Shown here one piece after another: positions 1-12,570 of a DNA stretch of 64,000 bases. The position numbers and the translations under genes are program-made. The stretch lies in NCBI RefSeq assembly GCF_009914755.1, contig NC_060929.1. One strand, written 5' to 3'. Source of the stretch: the human T2T-CHM13v2.0 reference genome, Homo sapiens. Each line of letters starts with the position of its first letter. Position 1 is the stretch's first letter. The notes under the pieces were generated by a model that saw only the letters and a program-made list of their open reading frames with translations, was not told where the DNA came from and did not search any database.

Positions 1-18
1 TTTTAAAACGTTTAATAA

Positions 19-318
19 GGTTTGGAGAGGTGTTCACACCTGTAATAGCAGCACTTTGGGAGGCTGAGGAAGGCGGATCACTTGAGCCTAGGAATTGGAA
101 ACCAGCCTGGGCAACATAGTGAAACCCCATCTCTACAAAAAAATACAAAAAATTAACTGGGCATGGTGGCATGCACCTGTAGTCCCAGTTACTTGGGAGG
201 CTGAGATGGGAGGATTACCTGAGCTTGGGAGGCTGACATTGCTGTGAGCCATGATCACACCACTGTATTTCATCCTGGGCAACAGAGCGAGATCCTGTCT
301 CAAAAAAAAAAAAAAAAA
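19..318 (+). mobile_element. Alu, AluJ-like
   Basis: Dimeric Alu body with J-type segments (cagcctgggcaacatagtgaaacc, gggaggatt), poly(A) tail and degenerate TSD aaaacgtttaata/aaaatgttaaata. Confidence 0.95.
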
Positions 319-1539
319 TGTTAAATACATGGGAAATGTCAGACTCCTCTAACTTTATGTAAAATTTCTGTAATCTTTTATTTTACCTTATGATATTTTG
401 ATGACAAAAGCAATACATATGCATAGAAAATTTATAAAATATAAGGGGGTATTTTCCCTCTTCACATCCAAAGATAACCATGGTTAACTGTCTGATCCTT
501 AGTCCTAGAAGACGAGGAATGAGTTCAAAGATGATGAGAATAAAACTTGTAGACAACTGTCAGTTTTGTTCACAAGCTTGATGAGGCATAAATAGGGTTG
601 TAAAAATCAGTATATGCAAAGAGTACATTAGAGCAAGCTGAGGTCTCCACTGTGCTCCTCTCAAGGGTGTGGCCACAAGAGGGATGACCTGCAGCCTTCC
701 TTAGACCTAAACAATGGACCTCAATTTTTCAATGTTATGACTGCTCCCTTCCCCAGTCAACCACCAAAAAGAGCCACATCGATTTTCAGAAAGATCATTT
801 TGTTTTTTTGTTCTCCATCAAACGTTTTTCTTCTGTCTCTCATGCATTCATCCACATTGAGAAATCGAGTTTATAGTATATATATAGTATTGAACCCTGC
901 CCTTTTCATTCAGTAACACTTTGAGTGTTTCCCATAGCTATAAGTAGTCTTTAAAAACATGGCTTTAAATTATTGCTTCATTTTTAGAGCAGGAAAGGTG
1001 GATCTAACCAGATTTTAATTTATTTGTGAAAAATCGGAAAGAGTTAATTCAGCCAACTCTTAGAATTAAAAACTCACTTGCAAGAGCTAAATTTACTGAA
1101 GTTTCACTTGTATTATCAGGAAAATAATCACTGTCATCTCCTAGAAGAGATATCAGTTAAAATTAACTATGCGAATTTATCTCTACAAGAAGGAACAATT
1201 ATTCAGAGGTCTTACCCATATGTGTTAGAATTTTTCATGAAAAAAGTACTCATTAAATCTTCCTTTGCTTTTTATTTTTTGCTTTTTAAAAAATTAAATC
1301 TTTATTTGCTTTCTTTTTAAACAAAACTTTACCTTCTCTCTTTTCTCTTGAGCCCTCAACAGCATGTGTATTGTGTACTGAGTAAGTCATGTTAATGGAT
1401 TCCATAGATAATTTCCAAAACTTGAAAAGGCCTTTGACTTCAGAGAAATTGAAGCAATTTTGAAAGAAGCCAAAGAGGTGTATATTAGAATCCTCCACAT
1501 ACACATGAATAGTGGAGTGACATTTGAATTTGACAGAGA

Positions 1540-1725
1540 AAGTGAAAAGATAAAGTTGAAATGTGGCAGTGGAGAAGGGGATATGCCTTAGCAATGCTTT
1601 CTCTGTTTGCTGAGAGAAGATATTCTAAAACTTTGAATGAGAAGTAAAGGGCATTAGCATCAGGTGAGAGTACAGGAGTCAACCTGGATTTGCAAAAAAC
1701 AAAGTCATCCCTGCTAAACTCCAGG
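1540..1725 (+). mobile_element. Probable CR1/L3 LINE ORF2 (RT) relic
   Basis: caacctggatttgcaaaaaacaaagtcatccctgctaaactcc (1680-1722) resembles the CR1 RT segment QHGFTKNKSCQTNL; highly decayed, boundaries uncertain. Confidence 0.45.
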
Positions 1726-2489
1726 AAGACCTTGAAGCTGAGATCCAAGATCATACGTTTAAAAATAAGAAACTTTTGTTACAGAAGAGTGTGTAGGTGA
1801 CCAAAGTTGAATTTGCACAATAAAGGAAAGATCACAGGAAGGAGACTCCGAAGAAGTTAGGCAACCGGAGCTGGTTGTGGGTGTCTAATTCAAGAGGCTG
1901 GGCTGGTCTCCATGTCTACAAAATGATTTCTGAGAGGGGAGAAATTTCCAATTCAGCTTTAAAAAAATATTCTGAGGGCACCTGCCTTGACATTTCATCT
2001 CCTTTAAAAGATTGGCTCCTCACTGCACTTGTGTGCATTTATTCTTGATACGAAGGGCTGCATTTTCCCCTGGGTTTTCTCCTTAAAATCCAGGGCACCC
2101 ACGGTCCCTCAGGGCCTCATCATTTATTCTCAGCCAAACACCAAGATTCAAATTGTAAGTTCAAGTATCACTAAACTTGACTCATTTGGAATAAAAAACT
2201 AATTCAGTTAAAGAACTACTCATTGAAATTCACCTCCTCAAAAGCTACGGTCAGTAGTTAGCTGGTTATAAATAGTACTTCTGCCTCTGTATTGTTTGAT
2301 TCTGTTACAATAAGAACATGTCCATGCATTATTTGGGAATCTAAAAATAAGTTTAAAAACAGAAAATAAATTATGGTGTGAGAAAACGTAGCTTAAGAAA
2401 TGTTGGGAAAAAAAGAATTTTAATTGGAGGATGAATTTAAATAGGCTTTAGTAGAGATGCTTACCTTTAATAAATAAACTTGGTTTGGG

Positions 2490-2715
2490 CAGTATAAAAT
2501 AGGGGTCAAGAGAACTTGGGTCTATAGTATCAGACCCTCTACGTTTGAAGCCTAGGTTGCCGGGAAATAACTGAGAAATTTTGAGGGAGTCCTTCAGCTC
2601 GGAGATTGGAATAATGACACATGCACACCTAATAGGACTGTTGTGAGAATTAAGGGAGATACTTTTAAAATAATTTGCACGCTGTCTGGCACATGGTAAG
2701 CTCTCTGAGAATGTT
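2490..2715 (+). mobile_element. MIR SINE
   Basis: MIR 3' core: aggactgttgtgagaattaag...tctggcacatggtaagctctc. Confidence 0.8.
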
Positions 2716-2739
2716 TATTTCTGCCTGGGACAGAAAAGC

Positions 2740-3175
2740 CCTAGGTTAGTTCAAATTCTTTGAGAAGCAGATGCCAAAATGGGATTGTACATGCAAGAGA
2801 TTTATTGCGGGAAAGGACTTTGAAGGATAAACAGAAGGAAGTAGGCGTAGCAAGGAAAGCTTTCAGACCATAATGTAGGTCTGTCACCTGTGACAGAAGG
2901 AGAGGAAGGAAGGCAGATTAAGGAGCAAGTCTCAGATTGCCGTACAGTTCCAAGAAAGTTTGGGCCAGGCTGTTGCAGAGTCCCCCAGCCAAAGTTATCT
3001 GTTGGAGGAAACCCATGTCCCACAGGAAGGGGCCTGCACAGTCATTGGCTGGGAACATTCCAGAAGAAGCAAGAATTCTGTGTGAATGTGGTAGTGGGCC
3101 CAGAGAGACAGCAGCTTGGAATGTTGCACCCTGCAGTGGAAGACTTGAGTGGTACATTTCAGTGACTGTCACAGG
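2740..3175 (-). mobile_element. ERVL solo LTR (LTR16-like)
   Basis: gaagcagatgccaaaatgggattgtacatgcaagagatttatt...tcagaccataatgtaggtctg resembles reverse LTR16-family consensus. Confidence 0.65.
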
Positions 3176-3880
3176 CCATCCGTTGAGCTGGTGCTTTGGT
3201 ACAATAGTTATAAATCATTTGGATTGAATCATTAAAGTAGTCCCTCACTCCAACCTTTGGGTAGCCTGGCTCGGGATATCCTGTCTCCGAATCTCAATTT
3301 CTTCACTTATGAAGTGGGTAAAATAATGAGCAGTAGATACTTGTTTCAGTCCTGGAAAAAAAAAAAAAGTGCTTTGGGAATGTGAAGTAACGCAAAACTA
3401 CTGTCTTCAGAGATCTAATAATTCAAAAATTTCTTTCCACTCATCTGGCCTTTCAATTAGCCTGACATTAGAAGACTTTATTGTATTGTAATTAATTTCA
3501 CAACATGTGTCTGGGAAAACAAATGTTCAGGCTATCTTGTCTTTGAAATTACTAAGAATTTGAAGTTTGCCACCAGAATGTTTTATTTGATAACTATTGT
3601 AGTTTGCATGGTGATGAATCAGTTTTCGTTATTCAAATGCAGTTCATGGTACTTGAAGAATTTAACCCACTAAATCCAGAAATTTGATTTAAAGATACTG
3701 CAGATGAGAACTCAGGAATGCTTCTAAGTGCTGCCTCAGCTGTTCATGGTGGTATACCTAAGGCCTTGCAAAAGTGAATCTAAACATTGAAGACTCTCAA
3801 TAAATATCTGTTAAGTAATTCACTGAATCAGTTAAATTTTTGCTGTGACCTTTCCTCATAGGGGTTAAGAAGCCTAAACA

Positions 3881-4292
<412 letters not shown>

Positions 4293-4347
4293 TTAGGATC
4301 ACAAAGATGATAGACTCTTTAGAGGTCATCACCTACAGCTTTTAAAG

Positions 4348-4567
4348 CAGGTTTTCTCAACACCAGCATTATTACCATTGTAAGGCAGGTAATTCTTTGT
4401 TGTGGGGGAGTAGCTCATGGCTTATAGGATGTTTGGCAGCATTCATGGACTCTACCCACTAGATGTCAGGATCATCCCCTCCCCCTCCCCCACCCAGTTG
4501 TGAATACATGTCCAAAACTGTCGAATGTCCCCATGAGACAAAAATCAACCCTGGTTGAGAACCATAG
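4348..4567 (-). mobile_element. MER20 (hAT-Charlie), apparently nested in a MIR
   Basis: ttctcaac...ttctttgttgtggggg...ctctacccactagatg...ccctggttgagaacca termini; MIR-like sequence on both sides. Confidence 0.85.
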
Positions 4568-5699
4568 TTTTAGAAGTTAGGCAACCAAGGAAGTCTTGAG
4601 AGGTTAAATGAGACATCCACACCATGGGCAAAGGAAACACCGCAGTCCTAATCCTAGGTTTAAGCCTCTATACACTTCTTTCTACTATCCAATATTACTT
4701 CTCTGATTTTAAAAATGTGTTTTCTTTTATATGACTAAGTGAGCCTCCAGTATAGTTGCTGTTATTTTATCAAGACTATTCATAGTTATTCATAGTATTC
4801 TTCCAGTTTGTAGGCTATTTGATATTCTATACATTTTATTGCATGAAAAGAAAGCCCTTTCTATATTAGATTAAAAATGAAGTTTCTCTTGGAGTTGAAA
4901 GAGGTATGTTTTGATGCCTAAAACTGACAGAGGAGAGAGAGAAACTCAACAATCTTTCTCTTAGAGACGGACTTAGAGATGAATTATGCTTTCTTTACCC
5001 AGCTTGCACTGAAATAGAAAAATATATCTGTACACAAAGAATTCTATAAAAAATGCTTGCCAAGTCCAGAAGACACCCCTCTAAAGTGGCAGAGAACAGA
5101 ATGATCTCGTAGGGATAGTCAAGTGTAATTTCAGATAATTCTATATCAGGTTTCTGAGAACCCTTTTGGAAAGCTCAGTTATATATTAGTGCTGGGTCTC
5201 AAAGAAATGGAAAATTAGTATTTTCTTTCTCAGCCTACAATTTATTGATCAAAGAAAACTTATTTTTGGCTTCGTAGTGTTGCAACAATCTGAAGCAAAT
5301 TAATAAAGAAAGAGAGTTGCTTCTTGGGGAGATAACCTTGATGACTGTAATTTTTCTCATGAGTATCAATGCTGCTTATGTTCCAATATATCACAAGTGA
5401 AGGGGAAGGGAGGGGAGCAGATATTGCCTAGCAAGGGTAGTACGGAGTTCTGTGTATCTTGCTTTGTCTTCTCCCACCCTTTCTTGGGGAGTGAGTCCTC
5501 GTCCATCCCCTGTTTATTCTTAAGAAGGACTTCAGGAAATGGTATTTATAAGGAAGGCTTTTTGATTGTGAAGGCAGAAAAAGCTGACAAAGACTTGGCT
5601 AGTTCTAATAATTGGTTCTACCTAATACAGCAATCAGAGGATTCAACCAGGGATTGTTCCTGTGTCTATACACGTATGCTTCCATTCTAAGAACCACCT

Positions 5700-5890
5700 G
5701 GGTCACATCCCCACTTCACTCCCTGTGAACTGTGTCACCCTGGACAAGTTACTTGGTCCCTTTCTGCCTCAGTTTCCTCATCTATAAAAATGATGACATT
5801 AGTAGTACTTATTTCAAATACAGATACAATTAGTTAATATTACTAAAGTATGTAAAACATTGCCTGCAACATAACTTTGAAAGTGTTTTA
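5700..5890 (+). mobile_element. MIR SINE
   Basis: ggacaagttactt...gcctcagtttcctcatctataaaaatg core. Confidence 0.85.
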
Positions 5891-6050
5891 TGATAAAAAT
5901 CACACATTTAAACTTCAGGCTGAGTGCATAATAGGTAGTGAGCACTTTCTACGTGGTGGTGATTTAACGCAAGGTGAAAGAAAAAGTTCAGAGATGGGCA
6001 GACCCTCAAAACAGGAAATAGGTCACATTTTAAAAATTTACTAGTAATCC

Positions 6051-6418
6051 GCATTTAGTCCATTTTGTGCTGCTCTAATCAAACACCTGAGATTGGATAA
6101 TATATAAAAAACATAAATTTACTTCTCACAGTTTTGGAGGCGGAAAAGTCTAGGATCAAAGTGCCAGGAGGTTCAGTTGTTTGGTGAGGGCTGCATCCTC
6201 TGCAGGGGAGGAGTGCTCCACTTGGTGGAAGATGGAAGGGCCAACCCTGACTGATGCTGTAATGTGTGAAGCCTCTTCTATAAGGGCCCTAATCATACTC
6301 CTGAGGGGAGGTGACCTCATGACCCAAGCACTTATTAAAGGCCCCACCTCTTAATATCATCACATTGTCTATTATTTTGACACCTGAATTTCGGAGGTGA
6401 CACCTTGAAACCATAGCA
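6051..6418 (-). mobile_element. MaLR solo LTR (MLT1A/MST-like)
   Basis: ttagtccattttgtgctgct...aatttacttctcacagttttggaggc...aaaccatagca. Confidence 0.85.
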
Positions 6419-6499
6419 ACCTGCTTTGTGGATGGCCACTGTGCTGGTCGTGGAGGAGGCAGAGATGAATCACCCAGCATGTCTGTTTTCTAAGAACCG

Positions 6500-7070
6500 T
6501 GTCTGGTGGAAGAGAGAATGTGAAATATGATACAAGGTAATGTGACAAGAAATGTGATCAGTGTAGACATAGGGTATTTTGTTTGCATGGAAGGACCTTC
6601 ATCCCAACCTGGGAATGGGGCTTGGAGATAGAGAGGATCTTCAGGGGAAGAGATGTGGGAGTCGAGCCTCGTAGGCAAAGCTAAACCAAATAGGGTGGGA
6701 TAGAGAACACTGAACAGAGAGAAAGAGAAGTGAGCCATGGAGGGCAGGTAGGCTAGGCAGGATGGTGAAGAGGAAGGTACATGCCATAGATGCCCAGGTT
6801 AAGAAGGACTCTGCAAATCAGGTTAAATAGTGTAGGTGATTCCTTGAAAGGGAAAGAAAGCCATTGAAAGATTTTTGGTAGGGGAGTGATATGATTGGAA
6901 AGGTAGAAATGTTATTTTATAAACTGCAGTCTTGTGTGTATGGAGGAAAAATTAGGAGAAGGCCAAACTAGAAAAAGCTAAATAAAAGGCCAAACTAGCA
7001 AAGCTCCACGAGAGAAGTGAGGCTGGAAACAATGAGGAGGCTGTGGGAGAGGAGGGGAAGTGGGAATTAA
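6500..7070 (-). mobile_element. L2 LINE fragment
   Basis: Purine-rich tract with aagccattgaaagattttt...ggggagtgatatgatt typical of antisense L2. Confidence 0.65.
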
Positions 7071-7824
7071 TATGGAAATTCTTAATCTGAATCGAGGAAA
7101 ATCACAAAAGTGAAGCTTGCTGTTCCTCAAAATGTTGGAAAATCTTATCTAGCCTGTCTAGAAATTCAGAAGAGGAAAATAAGTAATTAGTCATCAGGAG
7201 TTGTCTTTCTGAGACATTCATGCCATCTTATGGTCTTATGATTTAGATTCCGTGGCAGTACCTCTTGCTGCCCTCTCTCTAGGTCTGATGCATGGACCTA
7301 ATATTTGGGCACTTTTGATTTAACTTGAGGAACTTTCAATGTGTTATCTTTGGTTCTGGTCTTCAGTAACAGATAGTATAGCAGATCCTGAAAAGGCCAC
7401 TAGAGATCATCTAATGAAGTGGAAGCAGAAAAGTTTTTATCTTCAATGCCATCACTAAACTCTTAAGATTGGCTGCTTGGAGTGTTGTGTTAATAAACAA
7501 TGTGAGGTCCATCTGGCTCTGTGGGAAAGAGTGACAACTAAAGATGCCCATCATGGATGCAGCAGGGCAGAGCAGAAGTACTTATGCCTCATGCATCCAT
7601 TTCTTACCATGAAGAATCCACACTCATGGCATTAATGAGCTAAAGTCAAAGATCTAGTTAGGAGTGCAGCTGCAAAATCAAACAAACAAAACAACAACGT
7701 GACTTAACTCTCGGTGGCAAGATACTTCATTAATTTCTTCAAGAAATGTTTGCCTAGGAGAAAGATGTGTCCAGGTTGCTTTGTGTGTGTGTTTTTGTTT
7801 TTAGTGCTAGATTTTTAATTTTTA

Positions 7825-8240
7825 ACAACACAGATGGGGCCCCTGCTTTCATGGAGATTCTATTCCAGTGGGAATTGGCAGTAACTAAATGAATAAGTAA
7901 GATCATATCCAATGGCAGCTGAAGATTATGAAAGCAGTAAAAGCAGGGTGTGGTGATGGGAAACAAATAAAACCTGGCAGTGGGGTGGCCAGTTAGGGGA
8001 ATCGCTTCAGAAAAGAGGACTTTTTAGCTGAACTTGAATGAGAAGAAAGAGCCAGTTAGGCCAAGATCTGACATAAGAATGCACCAGGCTGTGTGAGTGG
8101 CAGGTGCAAAGACCCTAAAGCTAAAAGTAGCTTGAGTGTTTGAGGAATAGAAAGAAGGCCTGCAGGGCAAGGGCACTGTGAGTGAGAGAAACAGTAGTAC
8201 CTGAGAAGATGGGAGAGTTGGGCACAGGCCAAATTATGTT
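7825..8240 (-). mobile_element. L2 LINE fragment
   Basis: ccctgctttcatggagattctattccagtggg...gtgcaaagaccctaa...gtgtttgaggaatag. Confidence 0.75.
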
Positions 8241-9674
8241 TCCCCATCTCACTGGGAAGGGAGTCTTAGGGTCTTGCTCAGTGGCCCCAGGCCGTCAAAA
8301 GTGAGGGGGCTAGAACCTCAGTCCCCAGGTTCTTAGCACAGTGCTTTTGAAAGTCTCTAGGAGTACATAGCCCTTTCTTTCTTTTTATAGGAAACTCCTT
8401 GATTATAACTGACAAGATCAAACAGCTGATAGGATCAAAAACTTTCCTCTGTATAGATTAGAGTGGAAAATAGAAACCTGGAATAAGTGTGTTTCCTTCA
8501 AGTGACCTTAGTAAAACATTCATGGGGTGCTGACAAGTACTTTGAATTGATACAATGGGGAACACAGTTTAAATACTTTGATATATTGCAAGCAGCTTCT
8601 AGAGAATCTCAAAAAAGATTGCGAAGCTCATTTAAATCTTGTACCAACCCTGTGAGAATTGGTAGGAAATAGCTATAGCTATTTTTTTTCCAGATGGATA
8701 AAATGAGGCAGAAAGATTAAATTACTTGAGTTCAGATTTCTGCCCGTAGTATTGCATTCAACCTAATGGATATATTGCACACACCTTAATTTACAAATAA
8801 ATGCACAGTTGAAATCTAAACCCTGGTAAAGCATCCCTAGAACCTTTGATTTTTGAGACCTAAGGTCCCAATTTGTGTATTTACCTCACTAATTACAAGT
8901 AAAAAATAAAATGGAGTGAATCTCTTGAGATTCGTGTGCTTGAACAATACACCGAGCCTATTGAAATTTATTTCATTTGCCAATTTTTCCCTGCATATTT
9001 CCTGCTAGGGTTTACAGTAGCCAAGTTGCAGGCTGCCCCATTTGATATTTGCATATATTCCATTAACTCTATTGTCCTTTTCCTTCTCTTCCTCCCTCTC
9101 TCTGACCCCCACCCTCCCCGGGCTGACTTACCTGTTCTGTGCATTCTGTTTCTTGTAGGCTGTGCTCTCAAATGACAGCTTATGAACCTAATAAATCCAG
9201 GCAAATGTGTAAATGGATGTTAATGTTCCATGTTCTCCTTCCACATAGCATGTGTACATTTTATTGGTGACCTTTGATGGTTAATACCTAACTCAAATGA
9301 ATGACTAATGGTAGAATTAGGAAGCCAAGTAGATTTGGAGGTCAGCATCGTAGCTAATTGAAAGTAATACATTTAGGGGGAGTAAGGGACTTTTGATGAT
9401 CCCCAAATCATTAAGATTTGCCTATTTCTAGAGGCAGCTTTCATCCTGAAAGGTGGGTTCACATTATACAGGACTTCATGGACCTTAAATGGTGTTTCTG
9501 ATGTGGAGCTATAAAGGTGTGAGCTGTACCTGTAATGTTTCTCAATGAGGCAAATTCACAAATTGATATTGATGTGGAGAGTAACACCTGGAGAAGTAAA
9601 CTGCAGGAAAAATACGATTATCATCTTCAGAATTCACTTCTTCTTCAGCATCATAGACAATATTTCTCTTTTTG

Positions 9675-10018
9675 GGCTGGGTGCAGTGGCTCATACCTGT
9701 AATCCCGGCACTTTGGGAGGCCAAGGCGAGTGGATCACCTGGGATCAGGAGTTCAAGGCCAGCCTGGACAACATGGCGAAACCCCATCTCTACTAAAAAT
9801 ACAAAAAAAAAAAAAAAAATTAGCCAGGCGTGGTGCCAGGAGCCTGTAATCCAAGCTACTCAGGAGGCTGAGGCATGAGAAGCGCTTGAACCCGAGGCAG
9901 AGGCAGCGGCAGAGGTTGCGGTGAGCCAAGATCGTGCCACTGCAGTGCAGCCTGGGGCTTAGAGCAATAGAGCAAGACTCTGTCTCAAAAAATAAACAAA
10001 CAAAAGAAAACAACAAAA
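9675..10018 (+). mobile_element. AluS with lengthened middle A-tract and gaggca slippage repeat
   Basis: Full dimeric Alu with an A/C-rich tail. Confidence 0.95.
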
Positions 10019-11659
10019 CCACACACACACGGATAACATTTGTCTTTCATTTGTCTTTTTGGTTTGAGTCTTTTGTTTGCTACCATATTCTTTCTATGAA
10101 CAGTCAGACTCTGGTGATTTTCCTCTCTTCTGTTGACCCATGATCTTAAAGGCCTATTTCAAGTTGTGATAAACCTGTGATATAACTCAGTAAGGGAGGA
10201 GTCTAGAATAAATGAACCTTCATAAACTTTTGCAGTGTATCCTCTGGTTTATACCACGGGGTAGGATATGTTTAGGAAAACCCACTCTAAAGGGATGCCT
10301 CATATTCTACTTTAAAAATATACCTATTTAACTCAGCTCCAAAAATATTGCATTTCATAATCTCCCAGTGCAATTTTTTCCTCCTCAAAAGTAGATAAAT
10401 GCATCTGAAATTCTGCTTCTATATAAAGGTTTATACAGGTATATGCAGAAAGGAAATGATTCTGCCAAAAGTACAGAAAAAGAAACAAGAAAAATTATAT
10501 TTATGTCTAGAGCAAGTTATACCACCTTGCAGCACTTTTAACATTGGCAATACATTTTCAATTTTTATGAAAAAGGTGGATCTTTAAAGAACTTCTAACT
10601 CTAAATCAATCTGATTTGAGCCCTGAATGAGTAAAAGTACAATTAAAAAATTCAATCAATATAAATATGCATTTCTGCATCTTCCTGTATGACACTGACC
10701 AGTAGTGTCTATATGGAGAATATTTCCATATGCTACCACTGTCATTGCGTTCAAGTGAGGTGGGTTTCCACTGTGTGATCTTGGGGTCTTTACTTTTTTG
10801 CGGGACTTCAGATTCCTCATCCATAAATCAATGGGTTAGGTAAAAGTTTATTTAAGGGTACTTCTCAGCTTTAAAATTCTAGAATTCTAAAAAATAAAAA
10901 CAGAAACCATAAAAGTTTTTGTAAAGACAGAAGGAGATTTTTTCAATGTATTATTCCTGGTCCATCTTCCTAATATTAAACTGTGACTCCCACAGCAATT
11001 TGTTGGTGTTGTTTTATTTTATGTTCATCTTGAGATGTAATTATTTATGGATTCATCTTATTCCCTTTCCTAGATTGCAGATTAAAATTGATATAAAATA
11101 CAACCTTATATAAAACCTTGCCCATTGTAGGCATTCAATATACAACTCTACTGCATGCTTGCCTCCCATGTAATATTCTTCTGTGGCTTATAAAGATCTT
11201 ATAAAAATGAGTGTCATTTATTTATTTTTAACTTTCAATACACTATTCGCTCTTTCCTTTGGTAAAACTCTCCTGAACATCTGTTATAAAGAGAGCTCTG
11301 TGCTAGATGCTATGAGGGTTATAATGGTTCCATCTGCTTATCCCTGAGAGCTTGTAATCTAGTAAGGTGGTAGTACATACACACCATGCAAATGAGGGTC
11401 ATCAATGTCAGGAGCCTCAACAATGTCTAGCAATTACCAGTGTTCAATAAATAGTTGGTTTCTCCATTGTCTAAAAATATAATTTCTATTATTATTATTA
11501 TTTTCATTATTTGTAAGATCTAAGATAGCTAAATGTGAGGAGCAGCAGCAACGTTCTACAGAGACTTCATCATGGGCATCACAGTTTGGTTAAAACTGGC
11601 TGGTGGTGCTTTGAAAAATACGTTATTTCCCCACCGTGGAACTAGGTATGTGTACAGCC

Positions 11660-11828
11660 TCTAGACATGTTAAGTGATGTTCCTGCAGTATCAATGATAG
11701 CATCGCCTAAGAAGTTGTTAGAAATGCCAAGTTCTTTTGGGTCATATCAGAAAAGAGTCCAGCAAACTGTGTTTAAACAAGCCCCTTGAATGATTCTGAT
11801 GTGTGTTAAAGTCTGAGATGTCAGTAGA
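11660..11828 (+). mobile_element. MER5A (hAT-Charlie)
   Basis: ttgttagaaatgc...ctgtgtttaaacaagccc...tgattctgatg...aaagtctgaga. Confidence 0.75.
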
Positions 11829-12384
11829 GACATGGAGAATGTCCCTGGGAGGAATGTGTTACAGTGAGAGACCCAAAGGCCAAAAGCGATTGAAGGCAGA
11901 GGGATTTCAGAACTCTGCTCACTCTCACAGGGCTTACAGCCAATGGAAGAAGCAAGTAATTATTCAGATTAAGTACACGATCAGTAACTTTGATGCACTC
12001 TGCAAATGCAAAGTGCAGGGTGCATCATGGTCTGTACCAGGAAGAACTGAGGGAGTCTAAGGTTCAGGCAAGATTCACTAAAGAATGAGTTGGAGCGGAA
12101 TTTTGTATCTTTGATGTTATGTAGGTGCCAAGAGGAGACCCTGAATCTGTTTGATTCTAATAGACCCTTATAGAGCCTATTTAACAAAATGTTTTTGCAC
12201 AGTTCTTTGTCCCTGTACATTTCTGGGATTAGATGCTGTGTCCTTTGATTTCTCCTAAGCTGATTCAATACTTTTGCTGATATATATTCTATACATACAT
12301 ATTCTATACATAGATATATACACACGCATATACAGAAGTATCCATTGATGACTGTAATCGTCCGTATGCAGCTTGCTTTGTACA

Positions 12385-12570
12385 TTTGGGAGACAACATA
12401 ATTTGAGTGCCAAGTCTGTCCTAGACCCTTCCCTAGGTCTCTTATACAACTTCTAATCCAATTCTCACAACATTTCTCAGTATAATTGTTAAGTCCACTT
12501 ATGGTAACTAAAATGGCTCAGCAAGATTAACACTTGCTGCAGGTCACACAGCTGGTTAGTAACAGAATAT
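12385..12570 (-). mobile_element. MIR SINE
   Basis: aattctcacaac...aggtcacacagctggttagt. Confidence 0.7.

Noticed and set aside
9400-9670. Protein-like snippets (YDAEEEVNSEDDN on minus; SQIDIDVESN on plus) suggesting a pseudogene
   Set aside because: Too short and low-complexity to assign to any family; no supporting exon structure. A tblastx search would be needed
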